Shown in pieces: positions 13,278 through 20,926 of a DNA stretch of 32,000 bases. The notes under the pieces are model-generated. The model did no database searches, was not told where the DNA came from, and worked only from the letters and a program-made list of their open reading frames with translations. Source of the stretch: a bacterium (GTDB lineage Bacteria > UBP7 > UBA6624). Position 1 is the stretch's first letter. Every line of letters begins with the position of its first letter. The stretch spans positions 50,425-82,424 of the forward strand of contig PBAU01000005.1 of NCBI GenBank assembly GCA_002716355.1, given 5' to 3'. A program made the translations under genes and the position numbers.

Positions 13278-13764
13278 GAGAGCTACTAACCTCCTCCATT
13301 AACTTTTCAATCAACTTCTCATCTTCTTTATCCAACTTTGAAGTTAAAAACCTTTCACTTACACCAACAATTAAATCAGCAGCGTCTTTCTTGATTTCCC
13401 TTCTAACTCTCTCTCTCATGTCATCAATTTCTTTCTGCATTTTCTTTTTCGTTTCCTCAGATGCAAGTTCAGCTTTTTCTGTCATTTCCGCAACAATAGC
13501 CTCACCTTTACTGATCGCTTCAGAAATCTTTTGACTAACCTCTATCTCAAGATTAGACATTTTTTTGTCATAATCTTCTTTCAAAGATTCCATGTCTGCA
13601 CGATTTTTCTCGGCTAAATCTACATCATGCTTGATCTTTGTTTTTCTTTCTTCAAGAATTTTAGAGATGGGCGAAGCTAAAAATTTAACAAACGCCCACC
13701 AAACTAGACCAAAAGCAGCAGCTTCTACAAGAAGCTGCCCTAATTTGGGCGTGATTAATTCCAT
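13267..13764 (-). CDS. atpF: Fo ATP synthase b subunit
   Basis: Lies between atpE and atpH. It has a single N-terminal TM helix (LLVEAAAFGLVWWAFVKFL) followed by a long charged coiled-coil. Confidence 0.75.
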   Translation of the reverse strand: MELITPKLGQLLVEAAAFGLVWWAFVKFLASPISKILEERKTKIKHDVDLAEKNRADMESLKEDYDKKMSNLEIEVSQKISEAISKGEAIVAEMTEKAELASEETKKKMQKEIDDMRERVRREIKKDAADLIVGVSERFLTSKLDKEDEKLIEKLMEEVSSSLET

Positions 13765-13768
13765 TGTC

Positions 13769-14011
13769 TTAAGACAATTTACCCATTAGCATTATGGCCA
13801 AAAGAAGACCAAAAATACCTAGAGCCTCAGGGAAAGCCAAAGCAATAATTAACTTTCCTCCAATTGAATCAGAAACCTCAGGCTGTCTAGCCATTCCGTC
13901 CCAAGCAGCTGAAATAGCCTTACCTTGACTTATCGCAGCAGCAGCTGCTGGTATAGCAAAAGCAAAAGCAATAGCCATAAAATCAATATTTACACTGTCA
14001 CCAAAAATCAT
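13769..14011 (-). CDS. atpE: Fo ATP synthase c subunit
   Basis: An 80-aa helical hairpin with an ARQPE loop and the ion-binding Glu in LAFPEALGIFGL. Confidence 0.87.
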   Translation of the reverse strand: MIFGDSVNIDFMAIAFAFAIPAAAAAISQGKAISAAWDGMARQPEVSDSIGGKLIIALAFPEALGIFGLLLAIMLMGKLS

Positions 14012-14026
14012 AATTAACCTCCTAAA

Positions 14027-15022
14027 TTAATGTTTATGATCATGTTCTTCATCATGATGATGAGAACAAAAGCCTGATATATAAACCGATATCAGGGCTG
14101 TAAAAACTATTGCCTGTATAACAGAAGCAAGAATATGCAACAAGAGAACAGGCAATTGTAAAGGTAGTGGGATCCAAATCTTTACAGCTATATCTGCAAG
14201 TAAAACAACAAAAACGGCAAGAACAACATCTCCACCATATATGTTTCCAAACAATCTCAGTGCAAGGGATATCATTCTTGCAAACTGAGCCACTATTTCC
14301 AATGGGAGCAACAAAATAGCACCTATAACCTTAGCTAAACTATCTCCAGGCTCAGGCTCTCCCATCCAATGATCAATAATATGTTTTAAACCAGATTCTT
14401 TAAGTCCAATTACCAAACTTGCAATTATGCCAACAACACCAAAAGCCAATGTTGTATTTATATTTGCTGTTGGGGAATGAAATCCTGGGATAATACCCCA
14501 TAAATTCAAAGAAAGTATAAAAGTGAAATATGCTCCAAGCAAGCCAAAATATTTTGTAGCAACATATTCACCACCAAAACTTGCAAAGAAATTCCTCAGA
14601 CCATCAACCCAGATTTCAGCAAAAGCCTGTGCCTTCCCTGGTAAAAACTCAATCTTTCTAGTTCCCTTTTTGAACAAAGCAATCAAAATACCACTGACAA
14701 TAAACGTATTAAAAGCCATGGTCATACTTATCTCACCCATTGGATCTGAACCAGGGCCAGAACATTTCCAAAAAGCTGGCATCCATGGCTGCTCTTCCAC
14801 ATAAGTGTGAACAGTTCCCCCTTTTGGGCCAATACCTTTCCAGTTAAAAATATTTAGCAATTCATATTCTGGATGAGCGCATGCGCTATGATGATGGTCG
14901 CCGTGGTGGTCGTCGCCGTGGTGGTCGTCACCGTGGTGGTCGTCGCCGTGGTGGTCGTCGCCGTGGTGGTCGTCGCCGTGGTGGTGATCTTGATCTTCGG
15001 GTTTAAATTCAAAAATAGTCAT
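14027..15022 (-). CDS. atpB: Fo ATP synthase a subunit with His-rich N- and C-terminal extensions
   Basis: Contains ISLALRLFGNIYGG (essential Arg helix), LLHILASVIQAIVFTALISVY and multiple TM helices. At 331 aa it is about 70-100 aa longer than typical subunit a proteins. Confidence 0.9.
   Translation of the reverse strand: MTIFEFKPEDQDHHHGDDHHGDDHHGDDHHGDDHHGDDHHGDHHHSACAHPEYELLNIFNWKGIGPKGGTVHTYVEEQPWMPAFWKCSGPGSDPMGEISMTMAFNTFIVSGILIALFKKGTRKIEFLPGKAQAFAEIWVDGLRNFFASFGGEYVATKYFGLLGAYFTFILSLNLWGIIPGFHSPTANINTTLAFGVVGIIASLVIGLKESGLKHIIDHWMGEPEPGDSLAKVIGAILLLPLEIVAQFARMISLALRLFGNIYGGDVVLAVFVVLLADIAVKIWIPLPLQLPVLLLHILASVIQAIVFTALISVYISGFCSHHHDEEHDHKH
14891..14990. repeat. 15-nt tandem repeat, with 5 full units at 14906-14980 plus degenerate flanks, inside the atpB 5' region
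   Basis: The unit gtggtcgtcgccgtg recurs head-to-tail, with one g->a variant at 14930. On the minus strand it encodes (HHGDD)n. It is a conspicuous GC-rich island in AT-rich DNA. Confidence 0.92.
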
Positions 15023-15095
15023 AAAAACAATCGGATTAAAAACTTATATATCTAAGTTGAAAATCATAAATCGATATATTAAAAAATTAACTAAA

Positions 15096-15413
15096 TTAAT
15101 TCGTTTTTTTAGACTTTTTTACCATTTTCACCAATCCAAAAATAGAACCAATGATAAAAAAAAGAAAAGAGTCCTTTTGAATAATTAAATTTTTATAAAA
15201 AATCATCAAAAAAGATGCAAGAAGAAAATGCAAAAATAATATTGTTCTTAAAAGCTTTTGATTGATATTTTTGATATTATTTTTAACAAAAAAACTTATA
15301 GGCACCCATGAATAAAAAATCAAAAAACCCAATAAGCCAGAAAATATTTTTGGCCTGTAGAAGTCGAATAATGAATCTTCATTGAGGATTCCAAACAAAA
15401 AAAGACTTTCCAT
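15096..15413 (-). CDS. Small polytopic membrane protein, AtpI-like by position
   Basis: A 105-aa protein with 3-4 hydrophobic segments, located immediately upstream of atpB where atpI usually lies. I recognised no diagnostic motif. Confidence 0.45.
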   Translation of the reverse strand: MESLFLFGILNEDSLFDFYRPKIFSGLLGFLIFYSWVPISFFVKNNIKNINQKLLRTILFLHFLLASFLMIFYKNLIIQKDSFLFFIIGSIFGLVKMVKKSKKTN

Positions 15414-15416
15414 GAA

Positions 15417-15644
15417 TCAAGAATTCAATCTTTTATGTACTTTTAAAACTAACCTGCATGCTGCTCCTAATCCAATCAAAAAACCAATCAAAGTTCCCAA
15501 AGGCTCAGAATCATTATTCTTATCGTACATTTGACCAAAATACAATCCAATTCCAACAGCAACTGCGATTGACCAACCAAGGCTTGAATCTTCAATTACT
15601 TGTGAATACTTACCAGATTTTCTAATTACTGATCTCTCCACCAA
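15417..15644 (-). CDS. AtpZ/ATPase_gene1-like small membrane protein
   Basis: A 75-aa protein with two TM helices. The pattern SSLGWSIAVAVGIGLYFGQMYDK...PLGTLIGFLIGLGAACRLV resembles the putative F0F1-ATPase subunit family found upstream of atp operons. Confidence 0.55.
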   Translation of the reverse strand: MVERSVIRKSGKYSQVIEDSSLGWSIAVAVGIGLYFGQMYDKNNDSEPLGTLIGFLIGLGAACRLVLKVHKRLNS

Positions 15645-16570
15645 TTAAGCAAATCCTCTAGAGTTTGATCTAAAGATATTTTTGGTTCCCAAGATGTTTG
15701 ATTTTTAAATTTACTACAATCTCCAAGCAACAAAGGCACATCACTTGGCCTATCTAAATCCGGGTCTTTTATCACCTCAGGTTTAATGGAGGACAAATCA
15801 ATCAACTTTTCCAACAATGTAGAAATAGAAATTGCAGTTCCAGTACATATGTTGTAAACTTCGCCTGGCTTACCTTTTTCAACAGATACTTTATATGCGG
15901 AAACCACATCTCTTACATCTGTAAAATCTCTTTCAGCATCAAGGTTCCCAACCTTTATAACAGCTGGAGCTCCTCTTTCGATATTTACGATTTGTCGTGC
16001 AAATGCACTGGCAACAAATTCCTCACCTCGTCTCGGTCCAGTATGGTTAAAAGCTCTTGTTCTGATAATTTTCATACCATAAGATTGATAATACTGATAA
16101 CCTAGAAAATCTTGAGCAACCTTACTTACAGCATAAGGAGAAAGTGGTCTTAAAGGGTTATCTTCTTTTATGGGAGTTTCATTTGGGTGAACAAGGCCAT
16201 ACTCTTCTGAAGAACATGCAATCTGTATAGTTGGAGAAAGTGATAAGTCACGAACAGCTTCGAAAAGATTAACCTGTCCGGTAATATTGGTGTTAATAGT
16301 GTCTGCAGGTGCTCTCCAAGAGGTTGGAACAAATGATTGAGCAGCAAGATGAAAGATCCAGTCTGGCTTAGCTTCCCTTAAGATTGTTCTCAAGCTTGTT
16401 GAATCTTGCAAATCTCCTTCAACAAGATTGATTGAATCCTGAATTGAATTTAAATGATGCAAGGGAGACCTTCGTCTTATGAGTCCAAAAACTTCAACTT
16501 GCTCATTTAGCAAAAACTCTGCTAGATGACTCCCTGCAAAACCACTAATACCTGTTATTAAAGCCTTCAT
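15626..16570 (-). CDS. Extended SDR of the GDP-mannose 4,6-dehydratase / GDP-4-keto-6-deoxymannose reductase (Rmd-like) family
   Basis: Contains ITGISGFAGSHL (Rossmann), YAVSKVAQD (YxxxK), AFNHTGPRRGEEFV and GNLDAERDFTDVRDVV, which are typical of the GMD/Rmd clade. Confidence 0.7.
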   Translation of the reverse strand: MKALITGISGFAGSHLAEFLLNEQVEVFGLIRRRSPLHHLNSIQDSINLVEGDLQDSTSLRTILREAKPDWIFHLAAQSFVPTSWRAPADTINTNITGQVNLFEAVRDLSLSPTIQIACSSEEYGLVHPNETPIKEDNPLRPLSPYAVSKVAQDFLGYQYYQSYGMKIIRTRAFNHTGPRRGEEFVASAFARQIVNIERGAPAVIKVGNLDAERDFTDVRDVVSAYKVSVEKGKPGEVYNICTGTAISISTLLEKLIDLSSIKPEVIKDPDLDRPSDVPLLLGDCSKFKNQTSWEPKISLDQTLEDLLNWWRDQ

Positions 16571-17844
16571 TATCTAAATCTTACTCCTATATTCTTAAAT
16601 TTCAAATCCTTATGATCTGAAGCAATAGCAATTAGTCTATTGTATTTTGATGTTCTTTCCCCTCTTGCAGGTGCACCTGTTTTAATGAATCGAGAACCTG
16701 TTCCAACTGCAAGATCTGCAATAAAATCATCTTCAGTTTCACCAGACCTATGGCTTACTGACCAGTCCCAACCTGCCAATCTAACTTTTTTTATCGCATC
16801 AATAGTTTCAGTAACTGTACCAACTTGATTCAATTTAACCAACAAAGTGTTGCATAGATTATTCTCTATAGCATGGTTGATTTTTTTTACCTGTGTTACA
16901 AGTAAATCATCTCCAACAATATTAATTTTTTTTCCTAATATCTCATTCAACAGCAACCATGCTTCATCGTGTGATTCATCCATTCCATCCTCTATTGAAA
17001 CTATAGGATACCTGGAAGTCCAATCAGCATAAATATCGACCAAATCCTGAAAAGCAACTGATGAACCCTCCCATTCATAATATTTGTCTTTAAACAATTC
17101 TGAACTTGCAACATCTAAAGCCAAGAATACATTCTCACCAAGACTATATCTTGAATTAGAAATTGATTCATCGAGCAAATCCAATGCTGCTAAATTGCTT
17201 TTTAAATCAGGAGCAAAACCACCTTCATCACCTAGTGACGTTGACATTTGCTTATTATTTATTGTAGATTTTAATTCATGGTATATTTCAACACCTGCTC
17301 TAAGGGAATTCAAGAAATCTCCAGCTAGCCAAGGAACAATCATAAATTCCTGAACATCTAAATTATTATTTGCATGAGCTCCACCATTCAAAACATTCAT
17401 AGTCGGTATAGGTAAAGATGATTTGGATTCACTTAAACAGGATATCCACTGAAAGAGCTCTTGGTTTTCAATTACAGCGCCAGCTCTACAGATTGCCATA
17501 GACAATGGTAATAAACAATTAGCGCCAAGTTTTGATTTTTGAGCTGTACCATCCAATTGAAGAAGAATTTCGTCTACTCTGCCCTGCTCTCTGGGATCAA
17601 TATTTAAGATTTCAGGAATAATATTGTTGTTAAGATCATTTAAAACATCATCTACACCTTTTCCGCACCAAAAAGAACCTCCGTCCCTACGCTCTAAGGC
17701 TTCATGCGCTCCTGTAGATGCTCCAGAAGGAGCATTAGACCCAACAACAATCCCATTATTCAATTTCAGATCCACCCGCACAGAAGGAAAGCCCCTGCTG
17801 TCTAAAATCAATCTTGCTTTATAGTTTATTACTTTGTTGACCAT
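16570..17844 (-). CDS. eno: Enolase
   Basis: Contains ILDSRGFPSV, SGASTGAHEA, NVLNGGAHA, GDEGGFAP, IVGDDL, LVKLNQVGT and SHRSGETED. Confidence 0.95.
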   Translation of the reverse strand: MVNKVINYKARLILDSRGFPSVRVDLKLNNGIVVGSNAPSGASTGAHEALERRDGGSFWCGKGVDDVLNDLNNNIIPEILNIDPREQGRVDEILLQLDGTAQKSKLGANCLLPLSMAICRAGAVIENQELFQWISCLSESKSSLPIPTMNVLNGGAHANNNLDVQEFMIVPWLAGDFLNSLRAGVEIYHELKSTINNKQMSTSLGDEGGFAPDLKSNLAALDLLDESISNSRYSLGENVFLALDVASSELFKDKYYEWEGSSVAFQDLVDIYADWTSRYPIVSIEDGMDESHDEAWLLLNEILGKKINIVGDDLLVTQVKKINHAIENNLCNTLLVKLNQVGTVTETIDAIKKVRLAGWDWSVSHRSGETEDDFIADLAVGTGSRFIKTGAPARGERTSKYNRLIAIASDHKDLKFKNIGVRFR

Positions 17845-18473
17845 TTTATTTTTACACCTCTTGAGATTGCCTCAATTGCTTTTTCTTTGTATATAGGATT
17901 TGATGATTTATGTTGTATTAAGGCACTTCGACAATATTGATATGCATAAGTTTCTGGAATCTTTTCAGGAGAAGAAACTTTGGTTCCTTTTGCCCATTCA
18001 CCCCACATAAAATCAAGAACTTCTTTATTGTTGTCGCACCATCTTTCAATATCAAAATCAGTTACACCAAGGTAAAGATCCATAATATCTTCGTAAGTGA
18101 TTTTTCTCTGAAAGTGAATCACAATATCTGGCCAAGATAAATTATTTCTATTTAAAAAAGAAACCAACTCACCATTATCTTCAAAATTCAATCCGGCCCA
18201 ATTAATAGCTGCTGATTCGGAAGCGCTGTAATTGGTTTGAATGTTTCTAAAAAAAGCTTCCCTGAGAGCAAGGTTTTCTAAAAGAAAATATTCAACAAGA
18301 CTTTGAAATTCCTGATCACTAGCATTATTTTCTTTTAAAAGGATAAAATCTGGCCGCCTGGAAAGTTCTGATTGAGTAAAAGATTGATCATTAATGCTGA
18401 ATAAATAATCACTTTCCTTGTATGCACAATTAGAAAACAATAGACAAAATGCTATCAGTTTGTAAATCTTCAA
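17829..18473 (-). CDS. Lipoprotein of unknown function, with a weak SurA-N/PpiD-like chaperone flavour
   Basis: TTG start. The signal peptide has a lipobox-like LLFSNC. FSINDQSFTQSELSRR and LLENLALREA loosely resemble the N-terminal domain of SurA-type chaperones. No PPIase motif was seen. Confidence 0.45.
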   Translation of the reverse strand: MKIYKLIAFCLLFSNCAYKESDYLFSINDQSFTQSELSRRPDFILLKENNASDQEFQSLVEYFLLENLALREAFFRNIQTNYSASESAAINWAGLNFEDNGELVSFLNRNNLSWPDIVIHFQRKITYEDIMDLYLGVTDFDIERWCDNNKEVLDFMWGEWAKGTKVSSPEKIPETYAYQYCRSALIQHKSSNPIYKEKAIEAISRGVKIKWSTK

Positions 18474-18488
18474 AATAAGATTTCTTGT

Positions 18489-19652
18489 TTAAACTGTACC
18501 TGGCAACGCTTCAACTGGCCTATCTTCAGGACTCATTAAAAATTCCTCAACCTCTCCAGACCTCAACACCACAAAGCCTAAAGTGTCTTGAGGGTGGCTG
18601 TCACGAATCAAACCAGCTAACTCTAAAGGAGTTGACACAATCTCTTCACTTGTATTTTCCTCACCATTGTAAAGTCGCCTTACTCTTGTCATTCCAAGTA
18701 TTATGTCACCTCTTGATAGACCTTGTCTTGAAGCAGGGGAGTTAGGGTCAACATCCTGGACCATGACTCCTGATTTTCCTAAATACTCTTCAGGGATATT
18801 TGCATAAATTGCTAATGTATCATCCAAAGGCCTCAAACCAAGTCCAACCCAAGGATGAAAAACCTCTTCACCCTGCATCATTTTGTATACAGATTCCCAA
18901 ACAATATTCGATGGTGTTGCAAAATTCAAATCCAAAACACTTGTTGATAGGTATTGAGGTGTACCTTGATTCTCTTGAACCGAAAAAGACATCAAGCCTA
19001 TTATTTTTCCTGTTAAGTCTATTAAAGGTCCACCTCTATTGAAAGTAAAATTATGAGCATCAGTCTGAATCATATTGGGCATCAGGTAACCGTTAGGTAA
19101 AAAATAATCTCTCAAAGCTGAGACAATGCCTCTTGTTGCTGCTTGCTGATTTGGCAAGGGCCTTCCAACGGCTATAACAGTTTGACCTTGTGTCAATTTA
19201 TCTGAATCAGCAAAAGAGGCAGCTTCAAATAAGGTATCTGGATTGTCAATCTTCAACAAAGCAACATCATTAAACTTATCAGAACCAACCAAAGATGCAG
19301 TGTATCTTTTATTTGCAACAATCACATTAATCCTTAATGCATCTTCCATGTTTTTAGCTGTAGTAACAACAAATCCATCTGGAGAAATAACAACACCAGG
19401 AAAACCATTGATCCCCACAGTCCTAGTAAAAGTTCCAGACATACTGATTCCATACCTGTTTTCAACAACCTCTATTGAAGCTAATGATGGATCAATAACC
19501 TCAAGAGCTTTAACGGTTGGTAATTGCGAAGTGTCTAAATCAAAAGTGGGAACCTCTTTTGCAAAAAGAGAACCTGCAAAAGAAAAAAACAGAACAAAAA
19601 GAACTAAGAGAATTGTAGTTTTATCATTTTTAGAGAAATTTATTTTTTTCAT
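18489..19652 (-). CDS. HtrA/DegP-family paralogue with a degenerate catalytic triad (Lys-Asp-Arg) and a C-terminal PDZ-like domain; predicted pseudoprotease
   Basis: Has a signal peptide. It aligns to the DegP core: GFVVTTAK100NM (versus TNxHV), ND129VALLKI and FNR206GGPLIDLTGKIIG (versus GNSGGPL). PDZ-like region: GVMVQDVDPNSPASRQGLSRGDIIL. Confidence 0.85.
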   Translation of the reverse strand: MKKINFSKNDKTTILLVLFVLFFSFAGSLFAKEVPTFDLDTSQLPTVKALEVIDPSLASIEVVENRYGISMSGTFTRTVGINGFPGVVISPDGFVVTTAKNMEDALRINVIVANKRYTASLVGSDKFNDVALLKIDNPDTLFEAASFADSDKLTQGQTVIAVGRPLPNQQAATRGIVSALRDYFLPNGYLMPNMIQTDAHNFTFNRGGPLIDLTGKIIGLMSFSVQENQGTPQYLSTSVLDLNFATPSNIVWESVYKMMQGEEVFHPWVGLGLRPLDDTLAIYANIPEEYLGKSGVMVQDVDPNSPASRQGLSRGDIILGMTRVRRLYNGEENTSEEIVSTPLELAGLIRDSHPQDTLGFVVLRSGEVEEFLMSPEDRPVEALPGTV

Positions 19653-20914
19653 AAAGTTCCCCCTGCAAATTGGCCTTCACCTGGCTGTTCACCTAAAACA
19701 ACAGGAACATTGAAAACCTGTCCATTTCTTTCAACTGAAAGAATCACTTTAATATTCTTATCTAAACTGCGAATCCAAAACCTTGCCTCAAAAGCATCCT
19801 TTGGCATTTTCATTTCGCTTTTTGTGATTTTGCCATCATCATTCATGTCCCAGGCAATTTCAAGAATTTTGTCTCCCTGACGGAGCCCTGCTTTGTAAGA
19901 AGGACTTTCTGGATAAACATCAAAAACCTCAAAAGGTGTCTTAACTTGGTTTCTAGCTTGTCTAGCAAATGTGTCTGAAGCCCTGTCCCAAGCTTCTCTT
20001 CCTCCAAATGCACCCATGCCACCGCCTAAAGGGTTCCTTCCCTGTATGCCAATTTCATCAGACCACTCAAGAGTCATCCTGTCTATAAACACATAAAGAC
20101 CTAACCATGGGTATACAACCCGACCATGATCAATCGTGTCAAGCAAGGTTTTTTTTGCATCATTGGAGACTATAGCCATATTTTGACCTTCAAGCATAGA
20201 AGATCCTGCAAAATTAACACCTACCTGAAAACCATTCTCATCAAATAAAGGCCCCCCTGAGTTACCACCATTGATAGTTGCATCAGTATCAAAAGTATGT
20301 GAAAGCTCTGTACCGTAATCCCAAACAGTTGATGTACCACCTATTGCTCCATTTCCACCCAACATACGATTAACCAATTGTGGAGAAAGAACTCTATCTC
20401 TAACCGAACCAGCTGTTACTGTGTTTTTAAGCAAAAAATCTTTGTACATTGTGAAATTAGAACTATCTCCAGGGTTTCCTATTGCATAAACCTGCTCCCC
20501 TGCAACCACTTCATCAGAATCCCCAAATTTCACATAAGGAAAGACCTTACCCTCTTCTCCTGGCTCAGGAACAATCTGAAGAATAGCTATATCAATCTTG
20601 CAATTGTTAAACAAAAGTTTTGCATCCTCTACAGAGCCATCATTCAACCTTATAAAAGCCCATCTTTGTTTACCCCAGCCCATAACGTGACAATTTGTAA
20701 CAATATGACCTTCAGGAGTAACAATTGAACCTGAACCTCCGCCTAAGACGAAACCGGATTTATCTCCAGCGTAATCGCCGCCACCAGCTGTAACAGTTAC
20801 AGTTGACTGAACACTTGTGTTGACATTTTCAACCCACTTGGGATCGTCCTCGCCAAAAACAAATGCAAAAAATGCAACTGCGAACAAAACAAACAAACTA
20901 TTCTTAAAATTCAT
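19649..20914 (-). CDS. HtrA/DegP-family serine protease with an intact His-Asp-Ser triad and a PDZ domain carrying an EF-hand-like loop
   Basis: Has a signal peptide. Contains GHIVTNCH76V, ID108IAILQI, INGGNS219GGPLFDENG and the PDZ-like region YPESPSYKAGLRQGDKILEI. GAGG lies 9 nt upstream of the ATG. Confidence 0.87.
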   Translation of the reverse strand: MNFKNSLFVLFAVAFFAFVFGEDDPKWVENVNTSVQSTVTVTAGGGDYAGDKSGFVLGGGSGSIVTPEGHIVTNCHVMGWGKQRWAFIRLNDGSVEDAKLLFNNCKIDIAILQIVPEPGEEGKVFPYVKFGDSDEVVAGEQVYAIGNPGDSSNFTMYKDFLLKNTVTAGSVRDRVLSPQLVNRMLGGNGAIGGTSTVWDYGTELSHTFDTDATINGGNSGGPLFDENGFQVGVNFAGSSMLEGQNMAIVSNDAKKTLLDTIDHGRVVYPWLGLYVFIDRMTLEWSDEIGIQGRNPLGGGMGAFGGREAWDRASDTFARQARNQVKTPFEVFDVYPESPSYKAGLRQGDKILEIAWDMNDDGKITKSEMKMPKDAFEARFWIRSLDKNIKVILSVERNGQVFNVPVVLGEQPGEGQFAGGTL

Positions 20915-20926
20915 AACATAACCTCT

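Noticed and set aside
13826-13828. Possible Na+ coupling of the c-subunit
   Set aside because: The ion-binding Glu is followed by Ala-Leu (PEALG), not the Ser/Thr pair (ESTG) used for Na+ coordination in Na+-translocating c-rings. H+ coupling is more likely.
14906-14980. Regularly spaced short repeats that could be mistaken for a CRISPR-like array
   Set aside because: The units are contiguous 15-mers with no spacers, lie in frame within atpB and encode HHGDD. This is a coding tandem repeat, not a CRISPR array.
14873-15055. 60-aa plus-strand ORF encoding a poly-Val/Ala peptide (VVVVAVVVV...)
   Set aside because: It is the antisense reading of the atpB (HHGDD)n 15-nt tandem repeat. It is an artefact of repeat composition inside a well-supported gene.
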